Shown here piece by piece: positions 46,988-56,905 of a stretch of DNA of 64,000 nt. The DNA comes from Promethearchaeota archaeon (GTDB lineage Archaea; Asgardarchaeota; Lokiarchaeia; Sigyniarchaeales; SOKP01). The position numbers and the translations under genes were made by a program. The notes below the pieces were generated by a model. The model did no database searches. It saw only the letters and a program-made list of their open reading frames with translations, and had not been told where the DNA came from. The stretch is from the NCBI GenBank assembly GCA_016839765.1, contig JAEOTP010000069.1, forward strand, positions 1 to 64,000. Reading direction: 5' to 3'. How positions within the stretch are numbered: position 1 is the stretch's first letter; each line of letters begins with the position of its first letter.

Positions 46988-48280
46988 TTACTTTTCTTTT
47001 AGAATAGGGATGATTTGGGGTCCATTTGGTAAAATTAGTATCCTAGCATTAGGACCATGTTTAGATAAGGACATTCGGATTGCAGCTTCTATTGATTCAG
47101 CGTATTTTAAGCCTATATTACCCAATCCATCTCTATTTATTGTAGAGATAACATATACTTCAGCTTTCATCATAATTCTTGTTAGAATTTGAATTTCCCA
47201 TATATCAATCATAGTTATTTCTTTAGATAATGCTTTTCGATAAATATCTTCAGGTTTTTTTTTAGAAAAAAGGAGATCTTTAAATTTATCATGACCAACG
47301 CCAATACCGTCAATACACTCATTTACAGAAATTATGGTCCCTCCCTCCTTAACAGCTATTTCTCCAATTCCCATACTCTTTACAGCTTGGTATAAATTAA
47401 GATCCAATGGGTATCCTCCATTTCCGCATATTACTATGTCATAGGGGTTATCAATCTCTTTAAATATGTAGTTTAATTGGTAATCAACCAATTTTTTATG
47501 CACTTCTTCTAAATCACCAGCTGCAACTTGAGTAATTCTATGTTCCTCGTTAATGCAAACATTTATTACAAAATCTACACCCGATAACCTAGCAATTTCT
47601 GTAGAATTTTTTGCCATTGGATTATTTTCATATATTCCAAATCTTGAATAAGGAGAATCGATATTTTCAACAGAATGATTAGCTTGAATTGTTAACGCTC
47701 CAGAAATTCCTGGTACTATAGATTTCCTGCCGCCAGAAAATCCAAAAAAGAAGTGAGGTTCAACATAGCCAGTTAAAATCTTTAAGTCGCTCTCATAATA
47801 ATATTTATTTATATAAATTGGTACTCCATCTTCGGTATCTCCTAAATAAATAAGAGAATCATTATCTCTAGCGTTATGATTAATATATTTAATTCTATTT
47901 AAAAGATCTGTTCCTATTATTCTTTCTAATTCATAATCATACGTTGTTCGATGAAGTCCAGTTGCAATTAATACTCCTATTTGATTATCTTTTATACCAT
48001 ATTCATTTAATTCAGCTATTAGAGCTTCAAGAATGATATTCGAAGGAACTGGTCTTGTAGCATCAGATACTACAATACAAATTTGATTTAACTTTTTCCT
48101 TTGATCAACGATTTCCTTTAGTGGAGGGGTCCCTATAGGATTATTAATCCAATTTTTAATGACATTTTTTGGATTTTCAATTACAACTTGCTTTATTGGA
48201 TGAATTATTGTTGCATTCCAATTCGGATCAAGAGAAAATTCTAAGCTTGTTTTACCATAGTCAAATTTCACATTTCTCAC
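46988..48280 (-). CDS. larA: nickel-pincer-dependent lactate racemase LarA family
   Basis: SDATRP, ATGLHR, EPHFFFGFSGGRKS, YQAVK. Confidence 0.88.
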   Translation of the reverse strand: MRNVKFDYGKTSLEFSLDPNWNATIIHPIKQVVIENPKNVIKNWINNPIGTPPLKEIVDQRKKLNQICIVVSDATRPVPSNIILEALIAELNEYGIKDNQIGVLIATGLHRTTYDYELERIIGTDLLNRIKYINHNARDNDSLIYLGDTEDGVPIYINKYYYESDLKILTGYVEPHFFFGFSGGRKSIVPGISGALTIQANHSVENIDSPYSRFGIYENNPMAKNSTEIARLSGVDFVINVCINEEHRITQVAAGDLEEVHKKLVDYQLNYIFKEIDNPYDIVICGNGGYPLDLNLYQAVKSMGIGEIAVKEGGTIISVNECIDGIGVGHDKFKDLLFSKKKPEDIYRKALSKEITMIDIWEIQILTRIMMKAEVYVISTINRDGLGNIGLKYAESIEAAIRMSLSKHGPNARILILPNGPQIIPILKEK

Positions 48281-48304
48281 CTGATGATATAATTGACTCT
48301 TTTA

Positions 48305-49189
48305 TTATAATGTGCTGAATTCTTCCCCACGATACCCCCAAGATCTCAATATCTTTTCAGCATCAGAAATGATATTGCCTATAAAACTTTTTAAAGGAAT
48401 AATTTCTTTAATATGCCCTGCTGCTGGACTCCAAATAGTTTTATCTTTTAATTGAAAATGGAAAATTTTTTTATAATATTCTGGGTCAAAAATGTCTTGT
48501 TTAATTAACTTCTTTTTGTAGCTCTGTGGAACTCCACATTCTTCCGTAGCCATAATCGCTGTTCCAAAACATACAGCATCAGCCCCCATTGCCAAAGCAG
48601 CAAGAAAGCCACGTGCATCACCGATTCCTCCAGCAGCAATAATAGGAATTTTTAACAGCCTTTTAGCCATAGTAATATTTACTAAAGTAGTATTCTGGAG
48701 AGGATTTTTAAAGCCAGTACCTTCTAAACCCACCAATGTTATCGCATCAGCACCCATATTTTCTGCTGATTGTGCATGTTTTAAAGTTGTACATTTATGA
48801 AACCATAATCCTCCAGCTTTGTGTATCTTTTTTCCAATATTAGGAGCTTGATATGCTGATGTTGTAAAGATTTTGACTCCGTTATCTAATGCAATATCAA
48901 CAAAATCCAAATAATATTTCTCATTTTTTGGATTAGAAACCCTTTTTGCCGTCTCTGGGGGCATTATGGAAAAGTTTATACCAAATGGTCTATTTGTTAA
49001 ATTTTTCATAAGTTGCAATTCTTCGCGAAACACCCCATTTGTGTTGAAGTTTAACGCGGTGATGATACCTAAACCTCCAGAATCAGAAAATTTAGCGGCA
49101 AAATTAGCCCTCCCTACTCCAGCAAAAGCTCCCATAATCACAGGATATTTTATTCCTGTCAACTGAGTGATTTTAGTTTTCCATTTCAT
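48305..49189 (-). CDS. nitronate monooxygenase/FabK-like flavin oxidoreductase
   Basis: GGLG, PFGIN, IIAAGGIGDARG, GADAVCFGT. Confidence 0.9.
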   Translation of the reverse strand: MKWKTKITQLTGIKYPVIMGAFAGVGRANFAAKFSDSGGLGIITALNFNTNGVFREELQLMKNLTNRPFGINFSIMPPETAKRVSNPKNEKYYLDFVDIALDNGVKIFTTSAYQAPNIGKKIHKAGGLWFHKCTTLKHAQSAENMGADAITLVGLEGTGFKNPLQNTTLVNITMAKRLLKIPIIAAGGIGDARGFLAALAMGADAVCFGTAIMATEECGVPQSYKKKLIKQDIFDPEYYKKIFHFQLKDKTIWSPAAGHIKEIIPLKSFIGNIISDAEKILRSWGYRGEEFSTL

Positions 49190-49344
49190 TATTAACTATT
49201 CCTTCATTCAAAAAAAAACAGAAAAAAATGCAATTTTAAAGTTGTATTAATTTTATATTATTAAAAGTAGATATATTTTCTTATAGGAAAAGGTTAAAGT
49301 TTTGTTAATTTTTAACTGGTTAAAATAAAGTTTAGGGGATAATA

Positions 49345-49764
49345 TTGACAAAAATACTTAAGGATTTATGGGTGCTTACATCTACTGGGGCTACATTATT
49401 TTCCAGAGTGCTGGATAAAGCGAAGCTGAATCCCCAACTATTTGGAGCTTTGATGTCTGCTTTAAATACATTTGCAGAAAAACTTTCTGACGGAGGAATA
49501 TCTAATTTTGAAATGAGAAACATTAGGTTTGTAGTTGTAAGAAGAAGAGATTTTCTTTTCGTTGGCACAGCTCTCAATAAAATTAAAGAGAAAAAAGTAG
49601 TTGAAGAATTAAAAGTAATTAGTGATAGATTTTTTGATGTATATCCCTCGGATGTTTTGCTAAATTGGGATGGTGATATAAATATTTTTTCTAATTTTGG
49701 GCAATTTATAGAGAATTCTTTAGAAAAACCAATTGACAAATTAAAGGAAGCATTTTGGTCTTAA
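49345..49764 (+). CDS. longin-like domain protein
   Basis: LWVLTSTGATLFSR...LFGALMSALNTFA...WDGDINIF, typical Asgard longin-like pattern. Confidence 0.7.
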   Translation: MTKILKDLWVLTSTGATLFSRVLDKAKLNPQLFGALMSALNTFAEKLSDGGISNFEMRNIRFVVVRRRDFLFVGTALNKIKEKKVVEELKVISDRFFDVYPSDVLLNWDGDINIFSNFGQFIENSLEKPIDKLKEAFWS

Positions 49765-49880
49765 AATTAACTTATTATTCTGAAGATATTAAAAATTATT
49801 TGCTATAACCATAAAAAATTTAAGATTAATAATATATTACTTACATGAATTAAATAAAATAATTCCAATCCGATTTATTT

Positions 49881-50219
49881 ATGACAAAGAACAACAATAT
49901 TGATGAAAAAACCTTAAATAAAGGAAAAGTTATTCGAGATTTTGAAGAAGAATTCAATAATAAGAGATTAAGCCCACTTTCATCAAATACTTTTAGTAAT
50001 ATTATTAAAAATTTGTCTACTCCTCGTTTTCTTGGATCTTATCATCTTAAAGAAGCAATAAATCCTAAATTTAAATCAGTTGAAAGACTATTAAGAGGAG
50101 ATATTCAATTAAAATATACAAAATCTTTAAGAAATGTTGTATTTAATCCAATTACAATAGCTCTAATTATTATTGCTTTAGCCTTCAATTTATTTTGGTT
50201 ATTTACAATTTTATTTTAA
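49881..50219 (+). CDS. hypothetical tail-anchored protein
   Basis: single TM at the extreme C-terminus. Confidence 0.6.
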   Translation: MTKNNNIDEKTLNKGKVIRDFEEEFNNKRLSPLSSNTFSNIIKNLSTPRFLGSYHLKEAINPKFKSVERLLRGDIQLKYTKSLRNVVFNPITIALIIIALAFNLFWLFTILF

Positions 50220-50355
50220 AGTGTAAATAAAAAGATCAAAATCTTCCTTTTCTTTAAATCAACAATTCCATATTTCTAAATAAATTTTAAAGAAATCTTA
50301 CTATTTATAACATAGATCTATCGATTTATTTTTAAGATTAAATGGGGTTTAATTA

Positions 50356-51825
50356 TTGATATTTGATGTTATCGTAATTGGTGGCGGAGTAATTGGTTGC
50401 TGCATAGCACGTACTTTATCTAAATATGATTTAAATATTTGTTTAATAGAAAAAGAAGCAGATATTGCAAGTGGTACAACAAAAGGTAATTCTGGCGTTG
50501 TTCATGCAGGATATGGAGCTCCAAGGGAGCATACCAGGAGACAGTTTTGTATAAAAGGTAATAAACTCTATACTCAAGCAGTGGAAGAATTAAATTTTCC
50601 TTTTCAGAGGATAGGTTCTTTTGTCGTAGCTGTAGAAGATAGTCAAATAAAATTTCTTGAAGAGGAACGGAAACGGGGAATAGAAGATGGTATTCCGGGA
50701 CTGGAGCTAATATTAGATAAAGAAAGAATTAAATACATGGAACCAAATCTTACAGATGATGTTATCGGCGTGCTTCATGCACCCACAGCAGGCATTGTTA
50801 GTCCTTATGAAATGACTTTTGCTCTTGCTGAAAATGCTGCGACTAATGGAGTTAAATTCTTTCTAAATGCAAAAGTTAAAAAAATCACACATCAAGATTA
50901 TCTTTTTAAATTAAAAACTAAGGCCGGTGAATTTCAAGGACGAAATGTAATAAATGCGGCAGGGCTTTACGCTGCCAAAATCTCAAAAATGGTTGGTTTA
51001 GATTATTTTGAATTAATGCCAAGGAAAGGGGAATATATTTTATTTGATAGAAATGCCATGCATCTAAATAAAGTTCTATTTCCTATTCCTACTAAGGTAT
51101 CCAAGGGGATCCTAGTATGCCCTACTATCCATGGCAATACATTTGTAGGACCTAATGCTCAAAATATCACAGATAAGAAAGATATTTCAACCACCGAAGC
51201 AGGATTAAAAGAAATTATTGAGGGGGGTAGAGGATTAGTACCTAATTTACCATTACGAGCTTCAATAAAAAATTTTGCCGGACTGAGAGCTGTACCTGAT
51301 ACGTATGACTTTATTATTGATAATACAGATGTTTATGGATTTATCAATGTAGCTGGTATATTATCACCTGGGTTAACTTCATGTTATGCAATAGTTGAGA
51401 GAGTAGAAGAATATCTTGAATTACTAGGAGTAGAATTAAAAACTAAAGATGATTATAATCCTATACGACCAAAACCAGAAAGATTTAAAGATTTTTCTAA
51501 AGAGCAATTAGATGGGAAAATTAAAGAAGATCCCGCATGGGCTAGAATAATTTGCCGATGTGAAATGATTCCAGAAAAGGAAATTGTCGATGCAATTCAT
51601 AATCCTGTGGGAGCTAAAACTGTTGATGGAATAAAATTCCGTTGTAGACCAGGCATGGGGCGCTGTGGAGGAGGCTTTTGCCGCCCACGAGTCATAGAAA
51701 TATTATCTCGCGAATTGGGCATAACCTATCAAGAAGTAACAAAACGAGGCGAAGACACTTATTTTTTAATCGGTAAAACTAAAGATATTCAGTTGAGAAA
51801 TATTGAAGAGGGGGTTAAAGAATGA
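50356..51825 (+). CDS. FAD-dependent oxidoreductase, glycerol-3-phosphate dehydrogenase GlpA-like with BFD-like [2Fe-2S] domain
   Basis: GGGVIG, NSGVVHAG, SPGLT, CRCE...GRCGGGFC. Confidence 0.88.
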   Translation: MIFDVIVIGGGVIGCCIARTLSKYDLNICLIEKEADIASGTTKGNSGVVHAGYGAPREHTRRQFCIKGNKLYTQAVEELNFPFQRIGSFVVAVEDSQIKFLEEERKRGIEDGIPGLELILDKERIKYMEPNLTDDVIGVLHAPTAGIVSPYEMTFALAENAATNGVKFFLNAKVKKITHQDYLFKLKTKAGEFQGRNVINAAGLYAAKISKMVGLDYFELMPRKGEYILFDRNAMHLNKVLFPIPTKVSKGILVCPTIHGNTFVGPNAQNITDKKDISTTEAGLKEIIEGGRGLVPNLPLRASIKNFAGLRAVPDTYDFIIDNTDVYGFINVAGILSPGLTSCYAIVERVEEYLELLGVELKTKDDYNPIRPKPERFKDFSKEQLDGKIKEDPAWARIICRCEMIPEKEIVDAIHNPVGAKTVDGIKFRCRPGMGRCGGGFCRPRVIEILSRELGITYQEVTKRGEDTYFLIGKTKDIQLRNIEEGVKE

Positions 51826-53120
51826 ATAAATACAAAGTCGATGTGGCTGTGATTGGTTCGGGAGCAGCGGGTTTAGCTTCTGCAATTGAAGTTAAAAAGG
51901 CAGAATTAAGTGTTTTAATAATAGAAAGAGATCACGAGTTAGGTGGAATTACCCTACAATGCATTCATAATGGATTTGGATTAAAAGAATTTGAAGAAGA
52001 ATTAACTGGTCCGGAATATATTCAGAGATTTATTAATGAAGTTAAAGAATTACAAATCCCTTATCTTTTAGATACAATGGTATTTGAAATCAATAAGGAT
52101 AAACTTGTTTATGCCGTTAATAAGCAAGAAGGTCTTATTGAAGTTGAAGCAAAAGCAATTATTTTAGCGATGGGTTGTAGAGAAAGAACAAGAGGAGCTA
52201 TTAATATTCCTGGTTTCAGGCCTTCTGGAATATATACTGCCGGCCAAGCCCAAAGATTTGTAAATATTGAAGGTTACTTACCAGGAAATACCTTTGTTAT
52301 CTTAGGAAGTGGAGATATCGGAATGATAATGGCACGTAGATTAACATGGGAAGGATGCAAAGTAAAAGCTGTTGTAGAGATTTTACCCTACGTAAGTGGC
52401 TTATTGAGAAATCAAGTACAGTGTCTAGAGGATTATGAAATACCTCTTATTACAAACTATACCGTTACCAAAATTCATGGTAAAGATAGAATTAAAGGGG
52501 TTACAATATCAAAAGTTGATAGAAATTTTGATCGTATTGTTGGTTCAGAAAAATTTATTGAATGCGACACGTTACTTTTGTCAGTTGGTTTAATACCGGA
52601 AAATGAATTAACATTACAAGCAGGAGCCGAACTTTCTAAAAATGGTGGTCCAATAGTTGATAATAATTTAGAAACTACTATTAAAGGCATTTTTGCTTGT
52701 GGTAATGTATTACAAGTCCATGATTTAGTTGATTTGGTTACAGCAGAAGCTAAACGCGCAGGAAAAATAGCTTCTGAATATGTTAAAAGTAGAAGTGATA
52801 AGGAAATTAAAGCCCGTGAAACGATTAAATTAGTCTCTGGAGATAATGTTAATTATGTTAAACCTGATTTAATTAATAAGAATGATCTATCAAATGATAT
52901 AATCTTCACTTTTAGGGTAAGTTATCCAGATAGAAGGGTTCTAATACAATTTAAAGATGAAGAAAATAGCATCATCTATAAAAGAAAGAAAATCTATGTT
53001 ATACCAAGTGAGATGGTCGAATTGAGTATAAATTTGGAAAAACAAGGTATAAACCCTGAATGTAAAACAATAACAGTTGAAGTAATTCCTCGTCCAGAGG
53101 TATTAATAGAGGAGGATTAA
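51822..53120 (+). CDS. NAD(P)/FAD-dependent oxidoreductase (partner of GlpA-like subunit)
   Basis: GSGAAG, QCIHNGFG, GCRER, GSGDIG, ACGNVLQVHDLVD; overlaps upstream stop. Confidence 0.88.
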   Translation: MNKYKVDVAVIGSGAAGLASAIEVKKAELSVLIIERDHELGGITLQCIHNGFGLKEFEEELTGPEYIQRFINEVKELQIPYLLDTMVFEINKDKLVYAVNKQEGLIEVEAKAIILAMGCRERTRGAINIPGFRPSGIYTAGQAQRFVNIEGYLPGNTFVILGSGDIGMIMARRLTWEGCKVKAVVEILPYVSGLLRNQVQCLEDYEIPLITNYTVTKIHGKDRIKGVTISKVDRNFDRIVGSEKFIECDTLLLSVGLIPENELTLQAGAELSKNGGPIVDNNLETTIKGIFACGNVLQVHDLVDLVTAEAKRAGKIASEYVKSRSDKEIKARETIKLVSGDNVNYVKPDLINKNDLSNDIIFTFRVSYPDRRVLIQFKDEENSIIYKRKKIYVIPSEMVELSINLEKQGINPECKTITVEVIPRPEVLIEED

Positions 53121-53136
53121 TAAAAGGTGATAAACT

Positions 53137-53517
53137 ATGTCAGAACTTAGTACAATAAAAATAATTCGTTGCATTGTATGTCCAACAGGCTGTGAGATAA
53201 AAGTTAAAAAAGGGGGTGTTGAAAAAGTTACATTTGATGGTTATACTTGCGAGCGGGGACTTGAATATGCTCAGCAAGAGTATTATGAACCAAAAAGAAT
53301 TCTTACTACAACTATGAGAATCGAAAAGGGGTTATTACCTTTAATTCCCGTAAGAACGGATAAAGCTATCCTTAAAGAAAAATTAAAAGATGTCTTAGAA
53401 GAAATTGCGGAAATGAAATTAAAAGCCCCAATTAAAATGGGAGATATCTTAATTGAAAACGTCCTTGGATTAGGAGCTAATATTATAGCAAGTCGGAATT
53501 TAAACAAAATAGATTAA
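53137..53517 (+). CDS. DUF1667 CxxC metal-binding protein
   Basis: CIVCPTGC, CERG, PKRILTTT. Confidence 0.88.
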   Translation: MSELSTIKIIRCIVCPTGCEIKVKKGGVEKVTFDGYTCERGLEYAQQEYYEPKRILTTTMRIEKGLLPLIPVRTDKAILKEKLKDVLEEIAEMKLKAPIKMGDILIENVLGLGANIIASRNLNKID

Positions 53518-53620
53518 TTATTTATTTTGTTTCTATAACTGTAGTTTCGTCTGAATAAAAATTTATAAACTATATGCAATAAAATTAAATTAAAAATCTT
53601 TTAAAAGAAATTATATCAAA

Positions 53621-54271
53621 TTGGATATACCAAAATTCTCAATGTTAGATTCTTTAATTATCAAAATATTACTTATTATTAGTTTCTTCTTTTTTGGGTA
53701 TAATCTTACATATATCATTCTTTTCAAAAGAAGGCATAAGAACAACCAAAGTAATAATCAGATTAATAATAAACTAAAGGAAACAAGATTATTTGCAAGA
53801 CTGGGCATTCATATTATCAATATTTTCATATTTTTATGTTGTTTAAATATTTTTATATATAATTATTGGATAATAATATTTCCAAGAATTAACTTATTTT
53901 TTAGTAATATAGTACAAATCATTGGTTTTACTTTTATTATAGGGGGTAATATCACCTTATTATTAGCCTATAGGAAATTAGGAATTTATTGGGATTACCC
54001 CATTGACGGTTTGAAAAAAAAGAAAAAATTAGTAAAATCAGGTATTTATGCTAAAATTAGACATCCAATTTACCTTTCATTTAACATTTTGTGTATTGGT
54101 TTTAATATGATTTTATTAGACTGGTTTTTATTAATTCTATATATAATTGGAGCAATTGGACTGTATTTTCAGGCAATTGATGAAGAAACGATTCTATTAG
54201 AATTTTTTGGACAAGAATATGATACTTATATGAAAAGTACTGGTAGATTTTTTCCTAAATTCAAAAAATAA
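53621..54271 (+). CDS. isoprenylcysteine carboxyl methyltransferase/PEMT family membrane protein
   Basis: LVKSGIYAKIRHPIY, EE...FGQEY..Y....RFFP. Confidence 0.88.
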   Translation: MDIPKFSMLDSLIIKILLIISFFFFGYNLTYIILFKRRHKNNQSNNQINNKLKETRLFARLGIHIINIFIFLCCLNIFIYNYWIIIFPRINLFFSNIVQIIGFTFIIGGNITLLLAYRKLGIYWDYPIDGLKKKKKLVKSGIYAKIRHPIYLSFNILCIGFNMILLDWFLLILYIIGAIGLYFQAIDEETILLEFFGQEYDTYMKSTGRFFPKFKK

Positions 54272-54384
54272 TTATATAAATTAAGAAAAAAACCAAATAT
54301 TTATATTAACTAATTAAAAATATTCGTTATAGAGATGTAGAAAATTTAATTAATTAAATATAATGCTTTAATATTAATGAACCA

Positions 54385-55701
54385 ATGCCTAATAGTAAAA
54401 TTCTCCTTATTAATCCTCCCACTCCCCAATATAATATGAAACTATTCCCACCACTAAATTTAATTACTATTGCAAGCCATATTCCAGAAAATTATGAAGT
54501 AAAACTAATTGATAACAATTTTGAGAAGTTAGAGTATGATGCTGATCTTGTTTGTATAAGTGCTAATACATATTCTATTCGGCGAGCTTATAACATTTCT
54601 AATAAATATAGAAAAAAGGGGATTCCTGTAATAATAGGTGGCAACCATCCTACCATTTTACCGGAGGAGGCAAAATCCTTTTCTGATTCTGTTGTAATTG
54701 GAGATGGAGAGCCTATTTGGAATGAATTATTAAAAGACTACCACAACGGTAACTTAAAAAAATATTATAAATCAAGATTTTTTAATTTTGAAGAGGCAAA
54801 AATACCACGTAGAGATTTATTAAGAAGATCATATTCATTTGATTCTTTAGAAACTGTTAGAGGTTGTCCTTTTGATTGTGATTTTTGCTCAGTAACAAGA
54901 TTTCATGGAAGAACTTATCGCTTTAAACCATTGAAGAATATTGAAAAAGAGGTAGAATCATTACAAAAAAATCGCATTTTTATTGTTGATGATAATATTA
55001 TCGGTTATGGTGGAAAGGCTGAAGAAAGAACTATTGATTTGTTTAAGTTATTAATTGAATATGATTTAAAATGGATGGGACAAGCTTCGATTAATCTTGC
55101 AGATAATGAAAAAATTCTTTCTCTAGCAAGCAAAAGTGGTTGCATCTTTTTATTTATTGGATTTGAATCTATCCAAAGAGAAGCCTTGAGATATTTCAAT
55201 AAAAAATTGAATTTAAAGAGAGGAATAACGTCTTATAGAGATATAATTCAATGTTTACATGATTATGGTATTGGGATTATGGGATCGTTTATTATTGGAA
55301 CAGATTTCGATACAAAAGAAAGTTTATCTCAATTAAAGACTTATATTAAGGAATTGGAAGTTGATATACCAAATTTTACTCATTTAACTCCGTATCCAGG
55401 AACAAAAGTCTATGAAAAGCTTTTAAATGAGCAGAGGCTTATTAATGAAAAATTTTGGTTAAAAGATCCATTTCCAGTGTTTACATTTAAACCCAAAAAT
55501 CTCACTTTGGAAGAACTATATGAACATAGTATGGATCTTATAAAAAGTTTTAATAAGATTATACCTGCTTCTTTTCGGTCCTTTAAATCCTTGATAAAAA
55601 GGAAATCGATGAGAAAATCAATCTATATTTTAGCTGAAAGTCTAAATATTGGTAAAGTTTTAAATAAAGAATTAAACAATTATCAAAAATTCTATTTTTA
55701 A
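54385..55701 (+). CDS. B12-binding radical SAM protein
   Basis: GGNHPT, RGCPFDCDFC, TPYPGT. Confidence 0.92.
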   Translation: MPNSKILLINPPTPQYNMKLFPPLNLITIASHIPENYEVKLIDNNFEKLEYDADLVCISANTYSIRRAYNISNKYRKKGIPVIIGGNHPTILPEEAKSFSDSVVIGDGEPIWNELLKDYHNGNLKKYYKSRFFNFEEAKIPRRDLLRRSYSFDSLETVRGCPFDCDFCSVTRFHGRTYRFKPLKNIEKEVESLQKNRIFIVDDNIIGYGGKAEERTIDLFKLLIEYDLKWMGQASINLADNEKILSLASKSGCIFLFIGFESIQREALRYFNKKLNLKRGITSYRDIIQCLHDYGIGIMGSFIIGTDFDTKESLSQLKTYIKELEVDIPNFTHLTPYPGTKVYEKLLNEQRLINEKFWLKDPFPVFTFKPKNLTLEELYEHSMDLIKSFNKIIPASFRSFKSLIKRKSMRKSIYILAESLNIGKVLNKELNNYQKFYF

Positions 55702-55843
55702 AAATTCCAAATCCATTTAAGTTTAAGTCGGATTGTTGTTAATTCGATTAAATTTTTCTAATAGTTATTATAAAAAATTTTTTGAAACTGTCTACATTTT
55801 CTTTTTTGAATTAATAAAGAATGTTTCAAAGGTATTCCAGAAA

Positions 55844-56299
55844 ATGACAGAAATGGACCAAATTTACAGGGTTCATAAAAATTTATATATTGGCGCATAT
55901 TGGCCACGTTTAAATTTCAAGAAATTTAAGGTAATTGGAATCACAGCTATAGTTAATTTGATGGAAGAAAATCTCTATGATCCCACCTCTCAAGGATTTG
56001 CTTATTTACATAAAGGATTTCCTGATGATTGGTATCCACCTCATACATATCTCAAAGAAATAATTGCATTCATAGATAAGCATATAAAAAATGGAAAAGT
56101 TTTAGTCCATTGCGCAATGGGAGTTTCAAGAAGCGGTGGAATAATTGTGGCATGGCTTTTAAAAAAAAATCCCAATTGGAATTGGACTGATGCGATAAAT
56201 TATGTTTGGCAATCAAGATTGATTTACCCTGCTATTGAGATTAAAGAATCTATCTTGGATTATTTTGAATCAATAGAAGGGCGAAGGAGAGACATTTAA
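55844..56299 (+). CDS. dual-specificity protein phosphatase
   Basis: VHCAMGVSRS (HCX5R); ATG at 55844 preferred. Confidence 0.9.
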   Translation: MTEMDQIYRVHKNLYIGAYWPRLNFKKFKVIGITAIVNLMEENLYDPTSQGFAYLHKGFPDDWYPPHTYLKEIIAFIDKHIKNGKVLVHCAMGVSRSGGIIVAWLLKKNPNWNWTDAINYVWQSRLIYPAIEIKESILDYFESIEGRRRDI

Positions 56300-56446
56300 A
56301 TGTCAAAATTTACTTTTTTTTTTGAAATCGAGAAAGAGAGATTTTAGCTTTTAACTTTAACTTTTTTTTTTACAAAGATTTTTAAAATGAATCTTAGATC
56401 TTTTATTAAATTACATTTTGATTAGATTTTAAAAAAAGGAGAAAAT

Positions 56447-56773
56447 ATGTCTGAATTTGAAGAAAAGGTGTTATCCTTACTCGAAAAAATCAATGATAAA
56501 TTGGATAAACTTCTTAAATCAAAACCAACTTCAACCATAGAAGTAAAAGCAGCAGGGACGGGTACAGTTAAGCCGTCTGCTATCGTTGAAAAACAAGAGG
56601 AAGAAGAAAAAGCAATAGAAAAACCCCCTGTAGAAGGAAGAAGGATATGTCCTGATTGTGGAGGAACTGACTTTAGGACTGAAGAAGATCGCTCTCAAGT
56701 ATTGCATCAGATGGGAGGGATAAAAATCTACGCGAAACAATATATATGTAAGAAATGTGGAAAAGTTGTTTAA
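56447..56773 (+). CDS. zinc-ribbon protein with N-terminal coiled coil
   Basis: CPDCG...CKKCG; AAGGAG SD. Confidence 0.75.
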   Translation: MSEFEEKVLSLLEKINDKLDKLLKSKPTSTIEVKAAGTGTVKPSAIVEKQEEEEKAIEKPPVEGRRICPDCGGTDFRTEEDRSQVLHQMGGIKIYAKQYICKKCGKVV

Positions 56774-56905
56774 TTTTTTTCTTTTATTTTAAATTTTTTT
56801 AATAATCAAGCAACTCTAAATCGATTTCTTTTAAAAAAACCTTGAAAATCTGTCTCTATCATCCAATAAAGGCATCTTTTTTATCTGATGATATACAATT
56901 TTCTG

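Noticed and set aside
46734-46988. 84-aa ORF and a small hairpin (TTGTTG/CAACAA, 46911-46927) upstream of tfb
   Set aside because: The ORF looks like translated AT-rich intergenic/promoter DNA, and a 6-bp hairpin is too weak to call an RNA element.
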